Shown here: piece by piece, positions 26,254 through 39,483 of the stretch
Numbering within the stretch: the stretch's first letter is position 1
Layout: the number at the start of each line of letters is the position of its first letter
From: Zancudomyces culisetae HAW-14-8
Taxonomy: Eukaryota > Fungi > Kickxellomycota
Assembly: GCA_052426225.1 (NCBI GenBank)
Contig: JBNJNM010000011.1
Coordinates: 1,488,001 to 1,552,000, forward strand
Length of the DNA stretch: 64,000 bases
Direction: 5' to 3'
Notes under the pieces: generated by a model
Database searches by the model: none
What the model was told of the DNA's origin: nothing
The model's input: the letters and a program-made list of their open reading frames with translations, nothing else
Position numbers and translations under genes: made by a program

Positions 26254-29200
26254 ATGGGGTGCGAGGATTCTCAGAATTACATTTTAGATAGACATAGCAA
26301 GGAAATAGAAGAAATGGGGATAAAGTCATTGGCTATTCAGCCCCAAAAGGCCCAAGGTGAGGACCATGATGGTTTCGAGCCTGTAATTTCTACCGATGGA
26401 ATACTATATTATGAGTATAAAAGAGAAAAATTCATAAAGCCCGAATGTGATGGGAGAGAATATCTGTTAATAAAACTGGAGAATGGGTTGAAGTCATTGG
26501 TAATACAGGATACAAAAGAGCATAAATCCAGTGCTGCGCTCAATGTCAATATTGGAAGTATTTTAGACCCAGCTGAGTTTCAGGGCTTGGCTCACTTTTT
26601 AGAGCATATGTTGTTTTTGGTAAGTAGTATGAGATACACGAATGAGCTAAAAAAAAACGGATAAAATAAGTCTATTATGCGTGGGTATAAAAGTTGTAAA
26701 TATACTGATTTATTGTGTGGACAAATACATTAATAGGGAACCGAAAAGTATCCAAAGGAGAATGAGTACAGCAATGTAATAAACCTTAAGAATTTATTTA
26801 TTAATATATATTGGTATTTATTGGTCTTTTCAAAAAATTTTTTTTTTTGGAAAAGAAAACGAAATAGAAATAGAGGGCGGAGTTTAAAGTCATAAATAAT
26901 GACAATTGTCGTATATCAAAATATGTATAATTAATCAAAATATGTACATGTTTTTAACACACCAACTCGACAATAACAGTGAAATAAACAAACAAATATA
27001 TAAACATAGTATCTGTCAACACATGGAGGAAGTTCAAATGCCTACACAGACACCGAGAATACATGTTATTATTTTGATGTTTCTTCCAAGTTTTTTGAAG
27101 GCGCACTTGATAGATTTGCACAGTTTTTTATATCACCAAAGTTTACAGCCGATTGTACAGAACGAGAAGTGAGGGCTATCGATTCAGGTAAATAGAGTAT
27201 ATTGTAATTATTGAAGAAAGAAAGAGAGAAGGGATATCAAACATTATGCTAATCTGAGGTAATATACAAAACTAGAATATAAAAAAAACCTGCAAAGCGA
27301 CCTATGGAGGTTATATCAGATGGAAAAAACGCTCCTGGATCCTAACCATCCATTTACAAAGTTTGCAACGGGAACATACGATACGTTAATGGGCTCAGCT
27401 ATCAGAAATAAAAAAGACTTGCGCGAAGAGTTGATTAAGTTTTACAACAAATACTATAGTTCGGATATGATGGGCTTGGTTGTTATAGGCAATGGTAAGT
27501 GAAAATGATAGTTACATTTAGAAAATGAATTGAGTTGTTAACATATGAAAAAAATATGAATGTGTAGAACCTGTTGAGGTATTAAAGGAGTGGGTAGTGA
27601 GCAAATTCTCCAAAGTGAAGAGCAAAGGAAAAACGTACGAGTCGCCGAAAACACACCCATTGACAAAGGAGCACTTGGGAAAGATAATACGTGTAAAAAG
27701 CGTGCGGGATGAGCGCCAGTTGATTATTTCATTTCCGTTTCCAGACGACCAAAAGGAGTATACGTGCAAGCCAACAAACTATTTGGCATCCTTGATAGGG
27801 CATGAGGCAGAGGGATCGATTTTGCTAGTATTGAAAAAGTATGGATGGGCTACAGAGCTACATACTAGCAACCACATGTCATTTGGAGGCGATTTTGGAT
27901 TGTTTAAAATAACAGTTTATCTAACTGAAGAAGGGGTGGAGAAGTATAGAGAAATTATAAAGATTGTATTCAAGTACATTAATATTGTACGGGAACATGG
28001 ACCCCAGGAATGGTTTTTTGAAGAGGTAAGTAAAAGGAAAAATAAATAAATAACGAGTATAGTAATATGATTTATATATTAATTAATTATACTCGATGTA
28101 TCCAACAATGAATAGATGAAGCAAATGAGCAAAATAGAGTTTCAATATGAGGAGAAAATGGATTCGGTGCACTATTCGTCAAATTTGTCGAGCGTACTGA
28201 CAAATTACTACTGCAAGCCTGAGGAAATATACTCAAGTCAACGACTGATAACAGAATTTGATCCAAAGATAATTCAGAAGCGAGTTGAATTGCTTACAAG
28301 CACTAACTATCGTGCAACATTGTCGATAAAGGATGCAACGTTTACCAATCCACAGATAGAAAAATACTACAACATTGAGTATCAGGTTGATGATTTGGAA
28401 CCGGAACTTGTAGAAAATATGGAAGAATCGATAAAAGGGCTTCCAGAAGACATACTAACAGCGTTATACCTGCCTAAACCAAACAGGTTTATTCCTAAAG
28501 TGTTGCAAGTGGATAAACCAGAGGAAATTCCAGACCCAAGAATCGAGCCAGAGCTGTTAAAGAAAAACGATCAGATGGAGCTATGGTATAAGCGCGATGA
28601 CAGGTTCTATTTGCCTAGGGCGGTGATACGGATAGCAATAATGTCGCCAATAATGTATAAATCGCCGTTGCTGTCCGTTTTGGGCTCGCTTTATGTCAGT
28701 ATGATTGGGGATCAGATAAATAAGGGCACATATGATGCGATAGCATCGGGATACCGATACTGTGTATCCGAAACAATGGATGGAATGATGATTAGTGTGG
28801 CTGGGTATAACGATAAGCTTTGGGACTTGCTAAAGTTGATTTTGGAGGGGATGAGAGATTTTGAGTTTGATGAGGACCGGTACAAAGTCAATCTGAGAGA
28901 GATTTCACTCCGATATGAAAACCAGGTGCATTCCGAGCCATTCAAGCACGCAAATGGAGTCACCAACTTTTTGAAGTTTGATCTTCAGTGGCGATCGCAA
29001 GACAAGCTGGATGCAATTGAACATGTTAGTTTGGATCTTCTCCGGAGATTTGTTGACGACATATTCAGACAGTTGTATGTACAAATGCTGGTCTTGGGCA
29101 ACTATTCTGAGAACGAGGCATTGGATATATCAGAAAAAGTAATGAAGTATTGTAGCTCGGGGAGACTGTCGGAGCCTGAATATGTTGTACCTCGGTGTTT

Positions 29201-30428
29201 GCTTCATCCTGTGGGAGTCTATTCATTGCAGGTGGATCCACAATCCGAGAAAAACGTCAATTCAGCCGTGCAGAGAACCATATTTACATCAAATACGGAT
29301 AGTCCGTACTACAAAGCCATGGTGGATTTGATATCGAACATTGTGAGCGAGCCGTTGTTTGACCAGCTTCGTACAAAGGAGCAGCTGGGATATATTGTCA
29401 GCTCGGGTGCCTTTATTGCGAATGGCGCTCCTCCCAGTCTATATATTTTGGTCCAAAGCGAAGTTAACCCTGCCTATGTTGATTTGCGCATCTCTAGCTT
29501 TTTGAGAGCGTATTCCCCCATTATTCGGAGCCTTTCTCAGGCCGAATTTGATCATCATGTAAATTCCCTAATTGTTCGTCGACTGCAGAATCCAAAATGT
29601 ATCAATGAAGAAAGCTCTCGTTTTTGGGTGCAAATCCATTCCAAGTTTTACGATTTTGAGTGGCGTGAAGTTGAGGTTTCTATTCTCAAGTCTCTTACCC
29701 TTAATGACTTGTTTGCTTTTTGGGACAGATATTTCCTGCCTCATCCTAACTCCAAGGCTTCTCATCTAGTCGTTAGTGTCCATTCCTCTTTTGTAAGAAA
29801 ACCCACCACTCTTGAGCTTCAAAAATACCCCCAATCCATCATAGCTTTGCAAGGCTGTTTGGCAAAAGAAGGTCTCAGCTCCGAACTTTGTTCTTTGAAA
29901 TCCCTAAACGCCCTAATCCTCGACATTGCATCCCATCTTGATCTAGTAAAACTCTTGCCTTCAACTATTGACGATGCTATCCCTTACCTAATATCTTGGT
30001 GTACTCCTCTCTACGATTCGAATCCTGATCAACTGGATGCTCTCAAGTCTAAACTTGTTTCCAATACTGGTCCTACAAACTATCTAAGAACTGCCTTGTA
30101 CATGGCTTTGGAAGAATACTCCTACATCAACCATGGATATGACCATGATCACGACATACCCTCTAATAAACCCAATGGTATCTCCGACTCTTCTCCTTCT
30201 CTTTCTACTCCTGCTTCTCTCAAACCCACTATCCCGACTGTGTCCTCAAACACTGGTGTCTCAAAGTACAAAGATCCCAAGCAGTTTGAAGATACCATCA
30301 AGGCTGCTCGTGGTTTGACAAAGACTCCAAGTGGTTCCTGGGTCTTTACTGATGCTGTAAAATACAAAAACACATCTGTAATTAGCTCTGGTCCTTTTTC
30401 GTTCCATCCTCTGATCCCAAAATACTAG
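26254..30428 (+). CDS. STE23: M16A zinc metallopeptidase (insulysin/Ste23), 5 introns
   Basis: Inverted zincin [46 protein letters not shown] and [14 protein letters not shown]. Confidence 0.93.
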
Positions 30429-30663
30429 TTTAGTTGCCCTCTTTGCTAGTTAGAAGAATATAATCGTCTTTATTAGTCTAAATACTATGGATAAACTATT
30501 ATTATATATAATAAACTGAATTTACTAGTAAATAAATAACTATTATAGTTATTGTTAGTGATGATGGTAGCGGCAAGTAGTAGTAGTGGTACTAGTAGTA
30601 GTAGTAGTAGTTTCCCCTCTTAGGTTTAAAACTCACAACCAATTTTCATGAATCAACCTGGCT

Positions 30664-32141
30664 TTATTGTTTTTTCAAATTTTTCTGGAGGCTTTCAACT
30701 GTCTTTACAAACTTGTTTTTAGGAACAATGGCCATTTTGGCCTTTTTGAGTTCTGGAATTTTAAACAGACGTCGAACAAATGGAAGCGAGTAAGAATAAG
30801 ATTGAAGAACCGAAAGAATGTTTGAAGCAATCCAGTAGATGAAGATTGCTGGTGGGAATTTAATGGTAGCAATTGCAGTAAATGCACCTACAAACCGAAT
30901 TCCCCAGATCATTGCTGGTGGTTGTTCTACCGAGTTTTGGTATCTTCTGGTGATTTCGAGCGATCCAATCATAGTCGCCGATGCCAAGACTGGCAAGATA
31001 TAGTAAGGATCCGCAGCTGTCAAATCGGTAAACCACCAGAGTCCACCGGTTTTCAAGTGTTCAACGGGTAGGTATGCCATACCTCTAAGAGCCAAGAAAA
31101 ATGACACCATTACTGGGAATTGGAGTAGTGCCAAGCCCAATGCACTAAACGGTCCCACTCCTTCCTTTTTCAAAAGATGCTGTAGTTGGTATGCTTGAGT
31201 TCTGTACTCCAAAATATTCCCATCGTTCTTTGCCCGGTCCATAACCGTCTTGATCTTTTGCATTTCAGGCTGGATGTTCTGCATCTTGATTACCTTTTTC
31301 TGCATTATTCCCGAAATTGGATACAGCGCCATTCGAACAACTACCGTTGCGGCCAAGATAGTACCCCACCATGGCATTCCTGTATATACATGTGTTGCCT
31401 CCAAAAACGTCTGAACCCACCCAACTGGTGTGTAGCTTGAACATAACCCCACTGCCTTCAAATCACCTATCTGCATCACCAGCGCTGTTGTCGCAGAATT
31501 CACCACTTCGGTAGACTCCACTAGCACGGTAGATGTTGTTTCTAACACATCTGCTGCACTCGTTGCCGCCGCCGCTACACCCTCGTTTGCAACGGTTTCT
31601 GCTGCTTGGCTCACAACATTGCTTTCCACCAATGCATCAGTACCAATGGTAGCATTGATGTTGGCAGCTGCAACACTTTCAGCAACTTGGGCTTCGGGAA
31701 TACTGGCGGTTGTAGCGGTGCTAGTAGTAGTAGTGGACGACATGTGCATTCTGCTTGCGCCAATTCCGCTGAACATTCCAAGCTTTTGTCTGTTTACCAA
31801 TAAACGTGTCGATGCTAGTGAGAAGCCGGTATTCATGATCCCATTCGTACTGATTTTGGGTGAGTTTATATTCAATGATCTTGATGATAACACTTGTGGA
31901 ATCGCTGGTTTGTGTTTCTGTAGAATACTCAGGCTTCGTGCACTACCCGCATGATTTATAGATTCACGTCGAGCTATAGAGATCAGGTTTGCTGTCTTCC
32001 CAGCCACGGTCAGCCCTCTATTGATTGCATTTCATTTTCATAATCATTAGAGTTAAAAATATTAGTATAAATGATTTATTTATTAATTTATTAATTAATT
32101 TAGTTTACTTACTTGTTTTTGCATGTACCGATTCTAAACAT
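30664..32141 (-). CDS. OXA1: Mitochondrial inner-membrane insertase Oxa1; exon 1 32141-32113, exon 2 32017-30664
   Basis: Arg/Ser-rich presequence; HVYTGMPWWGTI, SFFLALRGMA, GGLWWFTDLTAADPYYILP and IYWIASN. Confidence 0.92.
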
Positions 32142-33309
32142 TTCTGATATATAGTACTACTCCAGTTGATATCACTTTTAAATCGGGCAACAAATCTTTT
32201 CTTTTTAGAAGTCTATATCTTAAAAATACTATTTGTTTATGAATGGTTTATTATCGAATAACAAAGATTTGATACCGTACCACTACCTGGCTCGTTTTTC
32301 TTTTTCTTTTTTTTTTTTTTACTTTTGATATGGTTAATTCATTTTTGATTTAATTTTACTAGATCAATTTTTTTTTTCCTTTTTTCCTTTACAGTCCACT
32401 TTTTTTGAGTCAATAATTGTTGTACTAGCCAAAATTTTCGTGGAGTATGTATGATTTTTTTTTGTATAGTTTTTCTAAAGATTATGGTCATGAATCAAAA
32501 AGCCCAAACTTTTCACCAACATAAAAAAAAAGTAATAAAAGAATAGTATATGGTATATGGTATATGGTTGTGAACCTCACCAATATGAATATGTATATAG
32601 ATGTAAATAGAAATCAACAATAGCTGTGATGCTCATTTTGTTTTACTCGCCCTTATTATTTCGTACACCTGAAAAATAAATCTTGTACTAATAATGAGAA
32701 CCACTGTGCTAGTACCAAAACCCATCAAAAGCCAAGGATAATGGGATTACCTTATTATCTCATCGATTTTTGATGCTATCGCACTACAATTTTCGTAAAC
32801 AAGGAGTGGATCTTATCCTCTCCCATCTCGTTTCTCATCTCTCAATAGCGTTTGCTTTTTCCCTTCAAATTCTTCATTGGTTACTTGTGTTAATATATAT
32901 ATATCTATGTATATTTTTATAGTTCTATTTATCTCTAGAATAATTCCAAGAGTTCAAGAAAAGAAAATAATAGTAATGATAAAATACTCTATTCGCATTT
33001 TTTTAAAATAAATAAACACTAATAACATGGCAAAGGTATTTGAAGTGACATCAAAGGCCTTTTTCTTTCCATATAATAGCCATGTTATACTATTAACTCT
33101 ATGGATGTAAAATCAATATTCAAAAAATTGAAAACACAAAGTCAATGGTCATTTGCAGTTATATGTACCCCCTATTTTTTGGGGGGGGGGGAGATGGATG
33201 AGTGTAAAAGAAAGGAGGAAAGGAGAAAAGGAATCAGCCATAGTGAAGGAGATGTTTTTGGGTAAAGACCAGTGCCTTGCATTTTCATATATCTTACCAA
33301 CCCACTCTT

Positions 33310-33766
33310 CTATAATAACATATACAAACTAAACAGCGCAGCAAATACAAAGTATGCAATGACAAATCCAGGAAGAAAAAATAATCCTAGTTGGTAAAAT
33401 AAAAAAAAATAAAAAGTTTAGTGAAGTTGGAAAATGGAGTGAGGAGGAGAGTATATGGACGAATGTTTCCTCAAAATAAAAACAATGATTTTTCTTTTAC
33501 TTACCAAATTTTCCTCGCTCGTCCCTACTCAGGTTGGATCCTCGCTTCAGATATTCGATATACGACATCAGCATGATCCCAAAAGCACCTAATTCAAACG
33601 AGAGGGCTGCATAATAAACTGCTTTTTTTTGGCTGCCAAAATTCAGAATCGCTAGACCCACCGCACCTACAGTGATGGAAAGCTGTAGCCAGCGAATAAA
33701 TGTCCGTTCGTTCGCCAGGTAATTCTTTACTTTTGCTCGATCAAATTCCTGCACTAAAAGACCCAT
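33310..33766 (-). CDS. VTC1: Vtc1-like small DUF202 three-TM subunit of the VTC polyphosphate complex; intron 33504-33387
   Basis: LANERTFIRWLQLS...AILNFG. The spliced second exon GLFFLPGFVIAYFVFAALFSLYMLL supplies the third TM helix. Confidence 0.8.
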
Positions 33767-33775
33767 TTTTGTTTT

Positions 33776-33831
33776 ATTCTATTCAATTATATTCTATTCT
33801 ATTCTGCTTGTTTGTTTGTTTGTTTGTTTGT
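33776..33831. repeat. (TATTC)n and (TTTG)n microsatellites in the VTC1 5' leader
   Basis: Directly visible. Confidence 0.75.
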
Positions 33832-36023
33832 TGTGGTATTCTTTAATGTATATTCGTCTTTATAGTAGTTTGTAATTGCGCTTTTGATTGATAGTGATTT
33901 TTGAGTGGGATTTAATAAAACCGAAATATAAACACTTTAAAACATTTTCGCTTTATTAACGAATATTAGGGGGAAAAAAGGCGAAATCGTTAAAAAAAAA
34001 AGTTAAATTAAAATAAATTAAAATAAAAAATAAAAAAATAAAAAAATAAAAAAATACTCGATGTAGGCTGGCCACTAATTCTGTAGTTTTTTACACCATT
34101 TTTCAACTGAATACTGTAGTGAAGTGCCAGTAGCAACTCTCACGTCTCTCTGAAAAAACTAGTAAATAGAAAGCCCACACTCTCTGCAGGTATATAAATA
34201 AAAAAGCAAGAGCGTAGTTATACCCCCCACTCCCTCCCCCCGCCTCTCCTCTTCTTCCTCAGCCCATTGCTCTCATGCGTGTTTTTCAAAAAGAAAGTTT
34301 TGTATTTGTACTCGTAATTTTAGTTTCATATTTCTCCACGTTTTTCATTCCATATCACTAGTTGGTTGCGAGGGTTTGTAATTTTGACAAAAGAATTTTC
34401 TCTCGCAAAATTGTTCTTTTTTTTTTCATAGATGTTATGCATCGATGTGTTTTAATAAACTTGCTAGGTCAACAGGAAGATTTTAATTACAGTTTGCACG
34501 CCAACCTTGGTATGTTATTTATTGGGTCGATTACTTGACATAATTGGCGATACCAGCAATTCGTGGTGTTCTATCAAATACACATGTGCATAGTGCCCTA
34601 TCATTGTACTGATTCTGCTATTAAATTTTGCGACTGATTTTTAAAGAAAATGCAGAGTAGCTCGTGTTAAAGTCCAAGGAATAAGTTGTTAAAATGGGGC
34701 CAAGAAGAAGTAAAGGGAAAAAAGTTAGGAATACAACACATTACCAAAATGGCATGTATATTTTTGTCTTTGCTATTTCCCAAGTTCAGTTTCATTGTTG
34801 TCAGTTTATGATATAATGGATTAGAGTGGTATAATCATTGGAAGTTCACATTTACCTAATGATTTTTCTTGTTGAAGAAAACACAAATTGTAATGTACAG
34901 GATGTTGACAATAGTTGAAAAGCTATATTTAGTTTTGGTGTGTGTAGCTGTGATCAAGGTGATACACCAAATGCAGAACTAATTGTGGGAATGGTGCTTA
35001 ATCTATTGTGACACTTTTTTTTTCGATTTCTAGGATGGGTATATGTTCACGACATACCATCTCGCTACAAAAGCGATGTGTATAGTAATATTTTCTCTTG
35101 CTATTGTTGAAACACAAATCTTGATTCTGTCGTTTTTTCTCTCCGATGCAAAAAGATATAACTTAAAATTAAGCTAAGAGTATTTGAAAAATGTGCCTGA
35201 TCTTGTCTTGATACAGGGATGAGTCTTAGTGTACAAGAAAAAAGTATTTTCCAATTATGTGTTTTGAGAACTTAAAGAGGTATAACCACTACAAAATGTC
35301 AATTTACACTTCTTGCTATATTCTTTGGCTACACGAGCCTCTAGAATAAAGCATTTTCCCAATTATGTTTATTTAAAATGTTTTGAAAATTAGTACAAAC
35401 ATTCCCTTCTCTTGGTTTTTGCCTGCAAGCTGATCTTTTTTGTATTTAATGACTTTCCTGAGTCCCGGCTTTTCAAGTAGTTATGCCTGTTGGTAGAGAA
35501 AAAGAACCAGACCCACCCATTCATACCCTTATTTGCAACGACAATAGCCGCATCATTGAATCAGTTTCTACCCCTCATCTTTTAATATATGCACTGATAT
35601 TGTTATTGGGCTTCAAGTGAAATTCACTAACCCAACTGTGTGCGTTTCCTCTATGTCTTTTCAAATCTTGTTTTTTCACACACACTCGGTACAACGGACG
35701 AGGCACGAACACGTTTTCCCAACCGTTTCTCGTCATCCCATCATCACCCCCCCCCCTATCCTCATAGTTTTTACCTTTTTTGGGAGGAAAGTTTTACAAT
35801 CCAGCACTGACAGATATCCGATTGGGGAGGAAACAAGAGCAAAAGGAAACATCCTTGCAATCACATTCCATATCTCATTCCCCTCCCTCCCCACTCCTTA
35901 AAAAAAAAAGAATGAATGTAAAATTAGACTCTGGCTTTTAACGCATTTTATCTATTGGCGCAAGAATGGATTGTATCTAGAAAGGTGACAAAGTTTGCAA
36001 AATTAACATCCAATAATCCACCA

Positions 36024-36029
36024 CACGTG
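36024..36029. promoter_or_regulatory. CACGTG E-box (Pho4/NUC-1-type candidate) about 590 bp upstream of VTC4
   Basis: Sequence match only. VTC genes are PHO-regulated in yeasts, but a hexamer match is statistically weak. Confidence 0.3.
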
Positions 36030-36613
36030 CACCTATTTGAAAGAAAATAGAATGCTGCCCTTCAAAAATTGTATACCTTTATCCATGTGCATTTGCTTGC
36101 CAAAAAAAATAAAAATAGTAGCGATAATTGAAGTGGTAGATAAAAATAAAAAGCTGCTCGTGCTCTGGATCAACCTTGGCCTTATAGAGCAAGCTATTTG
36201 CAGTTGAGAATTGCGTTTAATTAGTATCCTTGCACGAATTAGCTAACACGGCTTTTATTCAAGCAAAAGGAAATTACCCAACAGTCTTTACCCCCTTCCC
36301 CGCTGAAGCTAGCCCGAGAAAATGGGTGGTAAAATTTTTTTCCAATTGCATTTACTTTTTATAGCAAAAGTCAGAAAAGTAAATGAAATTTGCATTTTGA
36401 AACATATTCTCAAATCAACGGTTAGAGAAATTTAGCGATAAGTGGGATCTACAATGCTAAACTTGCCCATATTAAAAAGTTTTTCTTTTTTTTTTTGCAA
36501 CTTCAATTGACTATAGAAAAAAAAAGTTTGCTAACCTGTATATAACGAAATAAAAGTAGTCAGTACAGTTAGACATCGGCTTGTATAGACTAGTATACGT
36601 TATTGGAAATAAT

Positions 36614-39201
36614 ATGAAGTTTGGACAGCACCTACGTCAAAACCTGTTTCCCGAATGGAAGTTTTACTATCTAGATTATGATGGGTTGAAAAAATACCTG
36701 TATGAAAATGCTGCTAAGGGTTACACGGCAACAGACGAAGCCGAATTTATCGACCGCCTTGAAGGGGAGATAGAAAAGGTTAGACAATATTATATATTAA
36801 TGTAGTTTAAATGGAGGGTGTGTGTGTTATTTTATTGGAGACATGTAGCCACGTGTTTACGTGATAACTTTATTTTCCTTTTGTGATTGCTAACACCATG
36901 TTATTGTTAATTAGATTCAAAGATTTCAGAAAACAAAAATCAATGAAATAAATCGAAGAATTGAAAACTGCCACAATGAAATCGAGCTAATAAATGAGAA
37001 TAGAGGTAGTGTAGAGGCTAAGCGGGAGCAGCTTGACGTTATAGAAATGGAAATAAACGCCATCATCGTTGAAGTGAATGAGCTTGCACGATACACACGG
37101 TTGAACTTTACAGCTTTGGTTAAGATAGTTAAAAAACATGACAAAAACGTACCGTTCATACTAAAGTCAATATTTGCACAAAGGATGAACAGCATGCCGT
37201 TTTTTGGAGAAACGTTTGATACACTGTTATTGGAACTTTCTAGACTATATAAAATAGTTAGAGACGGTGGAATAGACCTCCAAAAGGGTAAAAATCCACA
37301 GTCAGGTAATGGACAAAGCTTTGTACGCCAAACAACCAAATACTGGGTTCATCCCGACAATGTCATGGAACTGAAGCTCTATATCCTAAAAAACCTCCCG
37401 GTTCTGATATACAACAACAACAAAAATAAAAAGCAAAGTCCAGCAATCAACAGCGTTTATTTCGATAACAAGAAATTAGACTTATATCGTGGGAGGATAG
37501 AAAAGTCAGAAGGAGCAGAAGCAATAAGACTTCGATGGTACGGCGATTTAAGCGAAACAGACATCTTTGTCGAGCGGAAAACCCACCACGAGGATTGGAC
37601 TGGAGAAAAAAGCGTCAAGGAGAGATTTGTTGTTAAGGAGAAATACGTTAATGAGTACCTTGCCGGAAACTATGATATGCATAAGCGGATAGCTAAATTG
37701 CGTGAAGAAGGAAAAAAATCTGAAAAGGATCTTGAGGATATGGATTTACTCTCCAGTGAAGTTTTGGAGAGTGTGAAAAATAAAGATCTCGTCCCAGGTA
37801 AGATATATTATGTTTATGGTTTTTTTTCTATGAAAAACAGGCGAATCTCATATTCGCTATCGGTTATTGAAATCTGTTTCACAGCTTTGTGTCGTCTGTA
37901 TGGTTAAAATGAATAGTGATGAGAACTTTTTATAACAGAACAGCCTTTCAGCTCCCTGGAGACGCTACAGTCAGAATATCATTAGATACTGAGCTGACAA
38001 TGGTTAGAGAGGATAACTTTGATGGCTTGGAAAGAGCGGGACTTAACTGGAGACGAACGGATATGAATAATGATTATCCGTTCCCACAGTTGCCTGAGCG
38101 GGATATTTGTAGATTCCCATATGCCATATTGGAGGTGAAATTGCAAACGGATGCCAATACCTCAATTCCAGCATGGGTGGCTAATCTGGTTCATAGCGAC
38201 CTAGTTGAGGCTGTACCCAAGTTTAGCAAATTCATCCATGGTGTTTCCACACTCCTAGAAGAAAGAGTAGATATTCTGCCATTTTGGGTAAGTTTGCAGT
38301 CATGTATTTACTTATGTCGTTATTCAAAATATATTTGTCATAAATTTCTACTGAAACACTGTAAAAAACAATACTAACTTCATAACTCTAACCACTAATC
38401 GTACCAATATTACAATAGTTTTCGCAAATGGACAAAGAAATACGAAAGAAAAAAACACATGGTGGTAATAGATCCCTAGTAAACAGCCGTGTAAACAGTG
38501 CAGCGGATTTGGCCACTCTTATTAATCTCAAAAATATCAACTTTGACGACAGAAAGGGTTCAGCTGGCCTTCAAGAAAACAGAGTCACTCCTGAATCTGT
38601 AATTGATGTTGATGGAACTGGAACTCAAAGTCCAGTCGAGCTTGAGGGTCATGCATATCATAAACTACCCACAAGAAGCTGGTACAACCTATACGGTTTA
38701 TTCAGGAGCGAGAACGACTTTGTACCACTCGATGTCCGCAGTTCAGGATTTGTCATCAGAGATCCATCGACATTGAAAGATAGAAGGATGGTAGGTAGCA
38801 GCGCTCAGGCTGAGATTCTTTATGGGACCACCATAGGCTCATCTGTTGATAGTCAAGGCACCAAAAAGGTTATTGCCATCCCTGCTCGGATTGAACCAAA
38901 GGTATTTTTTGCTAATGAACGGACATTTTTATCCTGGCTGAACTTTGCAATGGTGTTGGGTTCACTATCGTTAGCACTAATGAATTTTGGTGATAAAAAC
39001 AGCAAAATTTCTGGTGCAATTTTTACGGTTGTCACAGTTATGGTCATGATGTACGCCCTTTCGCTTTTCCACTGGAGAGCAGACAGGATAACGTACCAAT
39101 CGACTGGACCTTACTATGATCGACTAGGTCCTACCATTTTGGTGCTTTCTCTATTTTCTGCAGTTGTCCTGAACTTTTACTTTAAATTCAAGGAAGCTTA
39201 A
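36614..39201 (+). CDS. VTC4: Vacuolar polyphosphate polymerase catalytic subunit (SPX + TTM/VTC + DUF202); exons 36614-36778, 36915-37797, 37917-38287, 38419-39201
   Basis: SPX MKFG...YLDYDGLKK...KIVKKHDK; catalytic motifs [31 protein letters not shown] and [10 protein letters not shown]; TM motif [16 protein letters not shown]. Confidence 0.96.
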
Positions 39202-39483
39202 TTTATTTGGAAATCTACCTCGTTTTCGTTTTTCGTCATTACATCCAAAATTCTACATATATATAATATCTCGACCGTTTTCTCCCTATTTATATATTTT
39301 TTTTTTCATAGAAAATTTTATCCCTTTTTTAACTACCCTTTACTTGTAACTCTTGATGTATGTAAATTTACATTTCCAGAAAATGTTAATGTAAAAACTA
39401 TGAAAAGCTCACAAATTTTGAAAAGTCTAATCCTTGCTCAAATAAAAAGGAGGGGAGGGGGAAGCTAAATCGCAGGGTAGAGA

